Below, in pieces: positions 30,801 through 32,000 of a DNA stretch of 32,000 nucleotides; positions within the stretch are counted from its first letter, which is position 1; each line of letters starts with the position of its first letter. The position numbers were made by a program, and so were the translations under genes. The stretch is from an uncultured bacterium. GTDB taxonomy: Bacteria > Auribacterota > JACPWU01. The notes under the pieces are model-generated. The model was given only the letters and a program-made list of their open reading frames with translations. It was not told the DNA's origin and searched no databases. The DNA lies in assembly GCA_964640155.1 (NCBI GenBank), contig CAZXEQ010000001.1:111256-143255 (forward strand). The letters are read 5' to 3'.

Positions 30801-32000
30801 TGAAGTCTCTTTATCCATATTTTTAACATTGTGATCTTCCAACGTTCTCCTTTGAATATCTTGGACAGCTAATTCGTTTCCATTTTGACCACAAAAAGCC
30901 AATACATCAGTCGACTTAGCAGTTAAATTTAACTTTCCAAAAAAAACTTCAAACATAGCAATAAGTCCGGGATACTCAGATTGATAATTCTTTTGCAGAA
31001 AATCTACGGTTATTTCTGCTTGTGTCTGATCACTAGGATTAAGTTCAGCAAGCTTTCCACTGATTTCTTCAGGATAAAACTCTGCAATAATTTTAAGAAT
31101 ATTTGCAATTTGTTCTGAATTGAGTGTATCTAAAAAAGCTTTGTCTTTACCCTCTCTCATCAATTTATTTAAAAGTTCGTTAAACTTTTGCCTTCTTACT
31201 TCTGAAGATCCAAGCATTTCTTCCCACAACCTTCGTTCATGCTCATCAAAAGTACCTTTGGCCACACGCTCGAGCATTGCTCCAAAAGAAGGCAAAGCCA
31301 AAGTCCAATATCCGTCTTTCTGAACTCTAGAGGCCAAACGCTTTTCAGAAAATTCATTTTCATCAAATGAGATATTCTCATCCATCATTAATTTTTCATA
31401 AAGAACATCTGAACCTAGTTCTGTAACTTTGGGGGTCAAAGTAATATATGAAATTCCCTTTTCTTCTAAGAGCTTTTGTATACCTTCGGTGTGAAAACCT
31501 CCAGTAATTAAAACAGGGGTTTGGGGATGATGGATGGTGCCATCCACTGCCTTTAACGCATTTTCCGTCATTACTTTGTCTCGCTCTAGAGCGTATTGAT
31601 AAAAGTGCTGGGAAGATTGAATTAAATGATGAAGCGACTCTATGTTTGGGATTGCTTCGTCAGCCGTTGCAATCGGCTTCCTCGCAATGACATGCGCATT
31701 AGAGATCTTGTCATTGCGAACGACTGAAAGGAGTGAAGCAATCTCTGTAAGTTTTTTTTGAAATTTATCAAAATCCAACTTCTTTATTCTCTCCAAATCT
31801 TTTCTGGGCAATTTTAACTGAATGAAGTCATTTACGAGTTCCCATTCTTGTTTTAACTTCCATTCATCTTGTAAATTTTCTTTTTGAACCATCCTTTCAA
31901 TCATGTTTTTTAAATCGCTTAAACAAGTTTCGATTAACTTTTCCAAATCCATTTTTTCTTGTTTTTCAAGAAATGAGAAATATTCCTCAAGAAGTGGAAA
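6831..32000 (-). CDS. Giant multidomain protein, at least 8,373 aa; the reading frame is still open at the right window edge, so the true start is probably outside the window
   Basis: A single stop-free frame runs from the TAA at 6831-6833 up to nt 32000 in an AT-rich sequence. The first in-window ATG is at 31950-31952, but the 16 codons upstream of it (FPLLEEYFSFLEKQEK) contain no stop. The translation contains many recognisable motifs, listed as sub-features below. Confidence 0.93.
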   Translation of the reverse strand, partial: FPLLEEYFSFLEKQEKMDLEKLIETCLSDLKNMIERMVQKENLQDEWKLKQEWELVNDFIQLKLPRKDLERIKKLDFDKFQKKLTEIASLLSVVRNDKISNAHVIARKPIATADEAIPNIESLHHLIQSSQHFYQYALERDKVMTENALKAVDGTIHHPQTPVLITGGFHTEGIQKLLEEKGISYITLTPKVTELGSDVLYEKLMMDENISFDENEFSEKRLASRVQKDGYWTLALPSFGAMLERVAKGTFDEHERRLWEEMLGSSEVRRQKFNELLNKLMREGKDKAFLDTLNSEQIANILKIIAEFYPEEISGKLAELNPSDQTQAEITVDFLQKNYQSEYPGLIAMFEVFFGKLNLTAKSTDVLAFCGQNGNELAVQDIQRRTLEDHNVKNMDKETSQFYLLFKERMTLLSDADQKAFSEAIEDICDSIRCKAKFTKCEAKVWHENDYFLGAAYDLPQNLFIFFNEKNSNSPVLKVQYYLFSSLLAHLSGDWTDRSRHAIQIVETVFGNNNFSHFLYAYVQERSKFQELVRELKSQTPNQENVKAGTEKDFQVINVYLWNKGGGFGNIGGLYTFVKSLMNQEGFQDKKFNVILRKNVLIDSRQPDPDLDFFRRAVVLLRTLPNVNLIYSETDDIEKADVSFFFGLDNLEFVKGGLRHEITHTRYHEDGSRIKVIIPVLGARTNDFYEDRDPFSDADFYMIPTGFAVSRNKGEVPAKFQKGSVLIDPEIVRRNDVIQETKKEEIIQSRVEVLRQIVDSKNKTDKAVLSEMSSSLNSTTQSAWGFAYYQRPEAFERYMDSLKEAMEKDPRSFPEEGVTVFRMPGVMVEEKLEKDALGYEEIRIRDKKIRVITLDFLDPELFISLLLYTGRLDFDKGLRGFPNLVTGDVSLCQAIAAGKMFFHDNYYFLSEDPFSLTPKRNGGKNPTITSINPLFREALDKANSISDRPLWGGVSRMNLDEFMTDTELWRKCFLDLDGEFSRVFNLFSSQVRRQCDLGENLAGFVLDKANGIDFSKTPSEKDVLERKRVFAEKQIQSCQVLNESEIKTFFNELRAFIEEGEIEDAISTAESFESWEYAIKYEEDRLLHDNRDDFDPFILLMKESIQRHGRTAQAVLEYYNKLVELLNSKVSGLKPLRPSTGGLTGKLYLDPDFQEVVTGDVIATESNGVVSFTTTNGKPLYAKAEKTRDLRLEEGTKTFSFDEWLRGLDPQTRANFDREIQEGSPLRIYFRNFLSSNQVKILPEHSAVKGFSDGKVLYLRRELLENPIALFHEVCEGYFYLHPKELPEGVTAHTYLRGVGKDVRNLPNIDQYTRVKSYLEYILSLLPIPMDQYIRAEDLIRYIKSQLPSNRHNEAELALIQWNALRGRTGQALLYGLQDRIFGEEKNNSLGIQMKATATEREAQRQRAAASENARIQERLRQLLQIMDGANALFKGGQYQGCIERCQAFIEVMRKEFPSEIESIHKAEKLIIRAQGRVRSAALREQNPQEDYVNNYVVYHGTVPENMEAIAHEGMTAFYEPGNPIMAIYGTPDPQLAHDHVVKNGPHDKVTEVNAQSSRIPIILVLRIPKSWAKENISPESLGELEVNLEEEFGTDGFPLPIRDIPPDFIFVKTGQGMIPIREYMKQSQNLISTSSGVSQPLEEASFVGLIGKLFLDKDGKQVAIGPITATEDVNGFVSFTTSDGETKRPLYNKKKEPAQAKVLRDEQLLTFLDVIPEIDGSPIDTFEDDNSGVVSRTLTPGFETLRSMLGQSIKVLSEDSDVDGFSDGNVLYLKESLIKNPMALLHEWGEGYFVQHPDQLPGRDDSQTMALNAHTHLRGVGKDVREIASTDEGATLLESGNAIGFIDLVERTFRAEGREERINLAEFALIRLNAKKNRIGRALLHGLQDDFFGEEANNAFSTQLRECERTRPVTQTTLQIPLDVLRPASDFYSSLLMGDRLHQDFGGQDLRLAFAGLGLYEQQAKIPDYVLREVLRGRSPPALRERVRKLLENVSTLSEAEREELFEALRVAEFNVQGRLPFASDTTFSLELEFLVTDQITDDDLTSLALTPDELFLWEENKKLPAGKWEKARARVLERVQSVLPSGWRLVENSANVIEIKSANPAGEYHENTNRDWAGLKQGLTELQEILPGGLHSVHMHVGRKSLTELGDKFDDRKFDKKRFARVVKVFEAMWRALMGYGYRAPRGGFVRPAHEGMVQTAEDARGHDVMINLSSRYPTIEVKIISGLLNVDGRLDVHRLQENLWPTFALLESASTEFDRMPLASLGIPVLAGDKPSMKQILHYVDVVYGQDLVGKALALKRFLVIENESAGLSVEERKRKNDVMAYQFYKMGLGVVHELHSAHAGWDEKLIEHLTESSHLTVRLAFDLVRVGATDEVACGYFPEEFHKYLLAGLAIARRVDIPESSQEFVINWSKRFGTEEIPGPAEVLDVVTLDGLLNSLSSTDINRLIAPEREMRRKSYDWNKYFQGEGENNNFFEIKELDLKELNLIREMSLLQVLALKLAVRYAWIGKWMLKNYFFGRIFVFMMTVVVNLMEFLPVFKKWVEKKLLEAEENNWTKNLFRDESKNYNFKLDLLDIEIPPDEINQIGQNPLPKGQNPSNEGERGGLIGKLYLDPASHPGGRRVATGAITATGKDGIVTFKSTEGPLYTEDDREPRATVLDDEQPLTFEQLGLVSGTLSSGFEAHIQSVLGKPVKVLSDDSDVDGFSGGEVLYLKESLLDNPIAFFHELGEGYYHLHPEELPPGVNAHTYLRGVGKDIRNLPDINRYTDPEKLIRYIQSQLPKDRHNETEFALIRYNAARTDKNRTGRELLYGLQDEIFGEEANNGFTDEIVLGKKTRISSNSGEESSLISTFFKKWLVDIPSGQVTPTQQRIVEEHAKFLASLIYRNRPENVRKEREKNLISRFNIYTPLRFILAGIKTGYKSYGWWKDVFSFVLLASFIVPVFFLNPILGIFFTIFHFKIGIPILMTLRRAWTGEFGFVNEAVPGLWIFPTAGPKQFYQTALHEMVHVISADGDMMDIPGATAISVLREVRTLGSEYIQVNEGMRLFKENRNNPEKLWEMLAEKAGVKGKHRRDLFYSIPEYIRRGTFLQRIYRHLYPEPEWSYLLGAYVAGVAEAISLETGNPDDAWEYLKLISLGTDPVNAQREILDWRSNLPRTAEDFLERIQKGEEFSVAQFRAALRNPELREETLKLRDLLWEKIRFDEEANKTVLEEVFRVVVYAEILFDQENNPLLGISPRLRESLPLFRKYQSNLSQSSAEAVGNALLDNLSFGPELRRFSRETNPVLILNKFLRGELGRYPTLWELRTLSNHLFLMDIPGEALDEFLGKTGIGERIYALDSQESLKATANYILKLVLEYRQRYGKDPIIKEVGAGNGAHARGLNQLLEPYGIRVEASDIKDGKEAGQEADTADIILMRWPPSRANYYDRIGDFAENEVPENHPAPDYQVARRISQDSRKTLVLMGDMNGALRVTGSEAFYSFSGKHLKSINPLGLNQMPSGERLQYSHMLLPSGRLISYLQGDYDEQTVRVFRAPQAPAPPEMSSEEGQRFIEKAEKYGSFSVDASGHVASVGGITNTTVGFPLAAKLKRLGIKPTRQAQMNQGTVSFIVSDAASLQTFGDDGNNLSQTVTNYLASAEFEALDDEIKEAFKGVRLVLLAGALFNARDHRGTSYAHFGKGGKEAGEEKIESLYMGRKLFDHLAKKNQKALSILIRIEMNRLIHRRKNGQDERTSVQAARDAKVTDEELDLLLDAIAEIDPALAKIYSQREVPALSNPSTQLLTVSKLCEMGVQPLADYINGDDFKTLDESLREEFKNTGLVTMSNVQFAQGEAVSGRTHTLYIDKKLFETLARENPKALNVLIRIEMNRLKQRREKLDLRTNKQVAQEVGATDKELSLLLEAFRKVNPVLAQKYEAYIPDEVEALLQEKNTLAFVKDSNAADAVDQRLRAYAIKTGKKYVRINLRDLEEFNNLLTSIVVREDGSYGTLEGPLIDAIRSEGIIFIDYQDAQPQAALQLNSLFDAQGYLTTRWGRIEVPANLRIIGAMPNSQMRMFDVSIYSRFRNQVDLNWEYEEVLRIDKAPEDLDGIEVELYESRFFEEALIGSFRLNEKGLLEVHKGKLIQAIETGKPLILKGMPHSEDFVRKLRQIIQDGGIKFNGTFYQIPSHFSFFERSGSYEKGVSGKEIKFDDDIPENISVWSINSVTQDALFSRTKINSEIGQIVQEKGILDEGEDPICLWVTSHVSDWVWHRIMHSKRPIQIRLGPGVSIPNVYHKFANIDWSKSRSSYPEKKKLEEVNDAKAFVVNGFDRAFVLNKLVQTYPEAIVYPVTSATDLSDITSSIEIELGQHFQSKTKQVLENLRAGKTVILEGLERNLELARQLETVLSPTTPYLIENGKRVNLNELSGRLILVGSLSKFSHIKNKAFLSPDKDEIKSIVQKEFNQPGETGVMSDEDYSKLEKLMVVFGNAAGSPSISKDVLERYGGRYIFPVLGEAEELARLYPEHVNYVLAQLRQLCRYRQATGRLGPQGWREAIEAMIISRYEDFPELAAYMRVKMRLAFPMEDGRADTIDGRRLKTITNEIVYPMTLRDRYWQLMDTMSDKLLARQTIPSFFVGRQEEYEPALNQIRTAQIRDATMRGDHERAEYYKAKYGIKEIPIGSESPITTVALGDDQEDILQAREEKCIQLLGIYPAVFLRGPPGVGKSHLSQELAQKLKLKNYGPVSVGADISESDVLVARQFNAEQKRVAYITQTIAQWALDTEGGLLTIDEANLSHPDFWSFLGGIFEAKPYVWINGRQHFLTDRHKIIFTGNQEKMTGRRFQNLLLRYVPTVNFSEFDQAFYEKQIKNYLLPEQAQYASIIYDLFLAFKKMGEGRSFSLRDIQEISYRVRSLPATGTEQVVEIAWEVMRGLFTVEERVSLQHIIAKKYGVRILKEKSVKTGAREVHRAEGQPPIVYTQSVLDFQDTVKQFLLMRDRRLADALEEKTFPQGKRGLLFEGPSGRGKDLVAAHLLEKEGYQKGRLDEPEEIGKNPKKFYHITASLNYEDMARVIERARREGSIVILSEMNQIPSAILEGKLNASLTGEAAEGFALIGTINSIDFGGRERLSTALQNRLIYHRISDYPQIELEEILRESLGGRISPDLLKRLVGWHCYLRDTIENPSERPTIRELIRAGELLVRGEAAAVTPPAPLNVRGESVSPLMLKGDQGELLLEDLFSQIFSKIYGPVYFKILEADGKTFDYEKAEKYQESTQVDNAIVLEKNAQMIIPVNGRKVRLAWDAVTKNGGYYDAKKHVIALSTENPIGENPKVLDHEASHGLFTHLIIFPEQLWPRKSWFNLYMWLEDHRMENALRHHFPKVDLSDNQEIAFVEAVQQANFEKLIKMKFSSVFLYALSTYARGLMSKQVIEALDKVWEVHQGKYKPNPFKLALKYLDVARTIIGVDPAIRAQDTSLESEWGMIPLTLDQEEVEFQYFKMLRELSKHPEMILDYEKLVEGEKEEKLEESEEETSGDELSATKVEVANQRLAALDLVGALSVSKEAPQKVTQVNRLAANIVMVKISKIKIMRDAILHYMIMTPVRAILFCLKTLWKILKKVDHTIFSGIEKTLAKVLLRIRYRVIDQAKTEKEIDIPQWIKSLRPLLTVVELATTIDFLYLAISGKASVVSIMLCYGIVLIFNMILFILFPSLFSSSFINTHAKESKYEPKIIRDQQKIEDGLPTYTEYNSIDEAVKASLQHERKIPEGTTDPLEVLFPTFQERSNALRKLLKPFFQNKLEFGSKVYGPDGSALNVQGLVDGDPNRFFVKSGVTEEETPKEIILIIPKEGLGPESLNPLSEAAFIYLFSQGFTVTVYTGNNVRQKGINHPTTLRAALKAPSNCDPALIRQDLATRSRGSYIVTTLDEVQACVEAEFLHALLVAPEAEKTEAKETPKKAEPVTSQTDDDKSRENVKRWIALLEDSIKNEKDELIKRKAEDALGLIYAKKFSQQELEAKVDEKPAGSRAAAIALGIQYVEMGIEKNSNNITNWGIRLTTSSEPHLDHIAEIMGRVYAKQVEKGLSITNLEKGLQDENAAIRMAAVIALGLVYVKMLEDGKDVDLSLIQNMLKDKDPNVASAAVDTFESVYAKMHEKNKKIPLSDIAKDTNEMVQYAITRAIGYAMDASPEVITQGSPLARLGAAIVSGPIYAERVKNDKMDVSELEKMLEIGNDVQRLAATIALGKVCLDAIGKIETGSTKQEAGNPVIPESSNRGSIESESNLVFGPITKTVTMFDAYELEKIILRDSEKLPVSSRRSGSVHCLACSPDGTQVVAGLFEGPLRLLEKKDEEWIVSNLEGHKNTVYSVSWSPDGNRIVSVSLDGKFRIWEKNAEGKWDSSEQFLERVSKVSDVAWSPDGTQFVSGWGDGALRIWQKNSAGKWGGPEFLRKSSIRMDGQGVAWSPDGTQIISGSADGTLNIWKKDSEGKWISGDVLKGHTGPITSVSWSPDGTQIVSASSDKTLRVWKKDEKNQWISSEPKQHKGRVTGIAWSPDSKRIVSVADGSRLQIWGKRGGDDWVLYLKSDESVRSSEGSVVWSSDGERIITSNISGSIYILKGKGEGRKVEVETWGMTPKKAVGASTEDIARFDPEKSLADIRVFESFEVERQRKLIIDALVARTIPRETAEKKVTIKEGNFLIVDLEGSYPEDVSFLKGMTRVCEILFGLGHSDTDIAVLKELPYLKKIFLAGANEIPLSGLGELTQLEEITILALVPEQLRLNRLTKLKVLALWASDITEEKVLEYFIHHPNRENLTIQLFENDNEKKDDARIKKEYRWEPEGRTYFEERRETQKAEIREFLKEKYQLNDWEISDRLTLTPDGFLALNLSDLPRVADISRLRGMTLLKVLNLNGTKVSDISVLEGIPHLEELHLEGSIVVIGEPEIDVLISLVNLRELNLKGLAVDDRTIFQIFWRHPNRQNLRVINKEGKLYDVKMLQTSAAGVVVSADRQQVEEERLQIINDLMGRGISKDAAEFAVVTRSYDAFLEVNLNRLNLKDIEFLRGRKRIKQLRLVETLNIKDLSPIEGMDLESLDLNGSKFKITIKEHELFLSLKKLVSLDLTGVGIHEEIENIFIQGLFHAHSNRRNLSVVNQDGTRSYDAENPEILRIIEAGEKFEAEEQKKLVEAFLEKWKLSESSINILDGGVLELNLVGKAFSEDALREFNDLLHRLTQLKKMIVQDFEFENLGFLENAGQVEELILGLRDLKDLSGIRNLKNLKRLYLAHCHEVRDLDDLKDLAHLEEFGFDTTPIALKEISKLRSLKQLSIRVTDLFSLFSEGDQEQFRDQIFELILTHPNPDLEVKFGEEVLNKNSEKVKDYKARKNRDAVLRALPSIVGILENSEPELSLEEQKREIEEYLRGYGLTEYQISQALEVKENDFLELSFIYKARPPKFEGQDIDSLATDHPNISLLKRMTRLKKVVFNNIGDLSALRGLNLTEVVIMRLTSSEDEIFELFRQHPDGRNFKVNTRVLPKELREYKIDDKDVQEYIARKNAEEAAVKTGTAGIAAISDAEGKRQREVILNFLNDLGMDSDEINRRFAVRDDGFLELDLSRTQVQDIRKLSGLTNLKKLVLNTLVHDLSPLYGLENLSELIISSVFRVFETELSFNDYMPGLGELFTRHPHPENLRVTLRNEGRMSTDEHMYNYDSPEVKAYIVRKNAEDVQAKVTSQSSPIPDAEQERQKQLILKFLREDLKLDEVQIKIAFKIKEGFFSLDLRFAKEIKNIHKLKSLTNLQELIFWMQPVKDKDIRALNGLNLTKLDLRDTQVQDLATIFEFFRQHPNPKNLTVNVSGFKDNVLRWDSPEVLAYVKANGGWVHEAEAKATEAQLSPRQRMLLNMVGFLVSPMETLKKVEERLQAEGKYEILNGFIKLIVKGGSSGILKSRNLKATGTAQAFVREKSPNVATPPIPQSSSTPSGNLGFAPDFEVSHTQGIENAEVGQDVKRDLGEAGIEATTKTQVTDQAMSFVVENAAQDNQKIGFGDKLAQYVSTLSPDIQNLFKSTRLVLFSGRTYVARNEKGTSYAHFGMGGDAAKRAREERSTLYIGKDLFLFLLKNNHAALTTLIKIEMNRREYREKNGSPIGTLGDDSGGVVANNKGKDSRTSEQVIQDAQISQADLDQLKKAIAKAEIELLLQKIPPQELAKAIIVSAQKMDDIGGDIIKAGDIPLGFLRGALLEAAVEELSKRLPADEQRTVASSAAQIQKRKKENRVAQLVDQIQKYLNKDSEGLELDLSMAEVRINQGVGREPKSIPLSSALQQLLSQMMGKRAGLTQRIYIDFSKGPMDLRIVLSALLEGESLTGHESMRIENFSMQRQKMSGEETIYIVVVHEKDPMPRPHRKEITTGRSFVEISA
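7660..7965 (-). repeat. Giant protein: unknown module S, copy C, near the C-terminus
   Basis: KLAQYVSTLSPDIQNLFKSTRLVLFSGRTYVARNEKGTSYAHFGMGGDAAKRAREERSTLYIGKDLFLFLLKNNHAALTTLIKIEMNRREYREKNG. Confidence 0.7.
8410..12090 (-). repeat. Giant protein: seven tandem composite units (~160-215 aa each), each made of a helical head, 3-5 leucine-rich repeats and a conserved cap F..HPN..NL.V
   Basis: The cap motifs are EYFIHHPNRENLTI (~11650), FWRHPNRQNLRV (~11140), FHAHSNRRNLSV (~10645), ILTHPNPDLEV (~10000), FRQHPDGRNFKV (~9512), FTRHPHPENLRV (~9022) and FRQHPNPKNLTV (~8547). LRRs look like LSGLTNLKKLVLNTLVHDLSPLYGLENLSELII. Heads look like EEQKKLVEAFLEKWKLSE...GVLELNL. Confidence 0.8.
12215..13120 (-). 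other. Giant protein: seven-bladed WD40 beta-propeller
   Basis: There are seven units of the form ...V.SV.WSPDG..IVS.S.D.TLRIW.K: CLACSPDGTQVV, SVSWSPDGNRIV, DVAWSPDGTQFV, GVAWSPDGTQII, SVSWSPDGTQIV, GIAWSPDSKRIV and VVWSSDGERII. Confidence 0.9.
13325..14085 (-). other. Giant protein: HEAT-like (PBS-lyase type) repeats
   Basis: A ...AA.ALG..Y.. unit recurs: AEDALGLIYAK, SRAAAIALGIQYVE, AAIRMAAVIALGLVYVK, DPNVASAAVDTFESVYAK, ARLGAAIVSGPIYAE and VQRLAATIALGKV. Confidence 0.6.
14925..15060 (-). other. Giant protein: hydrophobic TM segment(s)
   Basis: The sequence is LLTVVELATTIDFLYLAISGKASVVSIMLCYGIVLIFNMILFILFPSLF. At least one long uncharged stretch is compatible with a membrane helix. Confidence 0.55.
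15900..16200 (-). other. Giant protein: second HExxH motif (HEASH at 16035-16049), possibly a DUF2201_N-like metallopeptidase region downstream of the AAA+ array
   Basis: The sequence is KKHVIALSTENPIGENPKVLDHEASHGLFTH. HExxH followed by a further His is seen directly; the family assignment is inference. Confidence 0.4.
16440..20210 (-). other. Giant protein: concatenated AAA+ (AAA_5 / MoxR-midasin-dynein-like) array with two canonical P-loops and about four degenerate upstream units
   Basis: The first canonical unit has Walker A GPPGVGKS (17871-17894) and Walker B LLTIDEAN (17670-17693). The second has Walker A GPSGRGKD (16971-16994) and Walker B-like IVILSEMN (16785-16808). Upstream AAA_5-like units lack P-loops, for example GPLIDAIRSEGIIFIDYQDAQPQAALQLNSLFD...IEVPANLRIIGAMP, KLIQAIETGKPLILKG and LENLRAGKTVILEGLERN. 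Confidence 0.7.
20360..20605 (-). repeat. Giant protein: unknown module S, copy B (degenerate)
   Basis: DDFKTLDESLREEFKNTGLVTMSNVQFAQGEAVSGRTHTLYIDKKLFETLARENPKALNVLIRIEMNRLKQRREK; this copy lacks the GTSYAHFG box. Confidence 0.65.
20800..21175 (-). repeat. Giant protein: unknown module S, copy A (GTSYAHFG...IEMNR)
   Basis: TVSFIVSDAASLQTF...EFEALDDEIKEAFKGVRLVLLAGALFNARDHRGTSYAHFGKGGKEAGEEKIESLYMGRKLFDHLAKKNQKALSILIRIEMNRLIHRRKNG. Confidence 0.7.
21540..21950 (-). other. Giant protein: class I SAM-dependent methyltransferase-like region
   Basis: Motif I IIKEVGAGNGAHA lies at 21846-21875. An acidic residue follows at the end of the next strand (IRVEASD), and then ADIILMRWPP (~21722-21748). 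Confidence 0.45.
22962..23230 (-). other. Giant protein: two predicted TM helices followed by an HExxH zinc-metallopeptidase motif (HEMVH at 22962-22976)
   Basis: The sequence WWKDVFSFVLLASFIVPVFFLNPILGIFFTIFHFKIGIPILMTL is followed about 45 aa later by QTALHEMVHVISADGD. Confidence 0.45.
23514..24173 (-). repeat. Giant protein: unknown module R, copy 3 (220 aa)
   Basis: GLIGKLYLDP...IVTFKSTEGPLY...DGFSGGEVLYLKESLLDNPIAFFHELGEGYYHLHPEELPPGVNAHTYLRGVGKDIRNLPDI...FALIRYNAARTDKNRTGRELLYGLQDEIFGEEANN. Confidence 0.8.
25230..25930 (-). other. Giant protein: glutamine-synthetase-fold amidoligase-like signature (Amidoligase_2 / carboxylate-amine ligase type)
   Basis: The ordered motifs are TFSLELEF (25896-25919), NVIEIKSANP, GGLHSVHMHVG (SVHMHVG at 25569-25589), YRAPRGGFVRP and YPTIEVKIISG (~25321-25346). 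This mirrors the E.E ... E..SP ... HvHvG ... R ... E.R/K strand pattern of that fold. Confidence 0.45.
26304..27056 (-). repeat. Giant protein: unknown module R, copy 2 (251 aa)
   Basis: GLIGKLFLDK...FVSFTTSDGETKRPLY...DGFSDGNVLYLKESLIKNPMALLHEWGEGYFVQHPDQLPG...NAHTHLRGVGKDVREI...FALIRLNAKKNRIGRALLHGLQDDFFGEEANN. Confidence 0.8.
27150..27515 (-). other. Giant protein: H-Y-E type (diphtheria toxin / exotoxin A-like) ADP-ribosyltransferase signature
   Basis: The motif YVVYHGTVPENMEAIAHEGM places the candidate His codon at 27501-27503. AIYGTPDPQLAHDH follows with its Tyr 29 residues after that His (compare ExoA GFYIAGDPALAYGY, Tyr at +30). SLGELEVNLEEE follows later (compare ExoA GGRLETILG, which carries the catalytic Glu). 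Confidence 0.4.
27837..28580 (-). repeat. Giant protein: unknown module R, copy 1 (248 aa)
   Basis: GLTGKLYLDP...VVSFTTTNGKPLY...KGFSDGKVLYLRRELLENPIALFHEVCEGYFYLHPKELPEGVTAHTYLRGVGKDVRNLPNI...LALIQWNA...GQALLYGLQDRIFGEEKNN. Confidence 0.8.
29270..30350 (-). other. Giant protein: EarP-like (GT-B, arginine rhamnosyltransferase family) signature, approximate bounds
   Basis: The N-terminal VINVYLWNKGGGFGNIGGLYTFVKSL resembles EarP DIFC.V.DN.GDIGV.WRLA..L, with N in place of D in GDIG. The mid motif AWGFAYYQRPEAF resembles ISLFAYENPAL. The C-terminal PNLVTGDVSLCQAIAAGKMFFHDNYY resembles N.VRGEDSFVRAQWAG.P..WHIY. The ~360-aa span fits EarP length. All comparisons are from memory. Confidence 0.35.
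31440..32000 (-). other. Giant protein: C-terminal half of a TraB/GumN/Tiki-like domain (second GxxH motif)
   Basis: The segment ALERDKVMTENALKAV...TPVLITGGFHTEGIQKLLEEKGISYITL matches the family pattern eRN..m...i...vGagHL.G..G....L...Gy.v. The N-terminal half of such a domain, with the first GxxH motif, is not in the window. Confidence 0.4.

Noticed and set aside
8185-31381. About 35 short ORFs (60-170 aa) on the + strand or in other minus frames inside the giant gene
   Set aside because: All are embedded in the 25-kb open frame. Their translations are low-complexity mirror images of it (for example the His/Pro-rich antisense of the WD40 repeats at 12709-13123), with no start context or motifs.
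6831-32000. Possibility that the giant ORF is several adjacent genes or a non-coding artefact
   Set aside because: There is no stop codon anywhere in 25 kb of AT-rich DNA, and recognisable protein motifs occur in that same frame along its whole length. Fusion by sequencing or assembly error cannot be excluded without reads, but nothing in the sequence suggests it.
1-32000. Search for tRNA, rRNA, transposase, integrase or phage genes flanking the giant gene
   Set aside because: None were recognised. Apart from the decayed higBA module there is no mobility signature in the window, so I do not call a genomic island.

Overview
AT-rich chromosomal segment from a diderm (Gram-negative-type) bacterium; the taxon cannot be assigned from the sequence alone. 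The left ~7 kb starts with the 3' end of a hyper-acidic Asp/Gly/Ser repeat-protein gene on the + strand, which the ATG-anchored ORF track misses. The minus strand then carries a translationally coupled bamD-like/lptE-like pair, an acyl-CoA dehydrogenase-etfB-etfA operon, and a higB-higA toxin-antitoxin pair whose higB is split by a 110-nt insertion. The remaining ~25 kb (6831 to the right edge) is one uninterrupted minus-strand reading frame of at least 8,373 codons. It is still open at nt 32000, so this is a giant gene whose 5' end lies outside the window. Read by eye, its product is a mosaic. In N-to-C order it shows: the C-terminal half of a TraB/GumN/Tiki-like domain, an EarP-like GT-B signature, and three paralogous ~220-250 aa modules of unknown function (HExxEG / AHTYLRGVGKD / LYGLQDxIFGEExNN). 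Interleaved with those modules are a diphtheria/exotoxin-A-like ADP-ribosyltransferase signature and a glutamine-synthetase-fold amidoligase signature. Next come a membrane-embedded HExxH motif, a class I methyltransferase motif, and three copies of a second unknown module (GTSYAHFG...IEMNR). These are followed by a concatenated midasin/dynein-like AAA+ array, a second HExxH motif, more TM helices, HEAT repeats, a 7-bladed WD40 propeller and seven tandem composite LRR units. All domain calls are motif-level readings from memory of the families, not database hits. No rRNA, tRNA, CRISPR array, transposase or integrase was seen.
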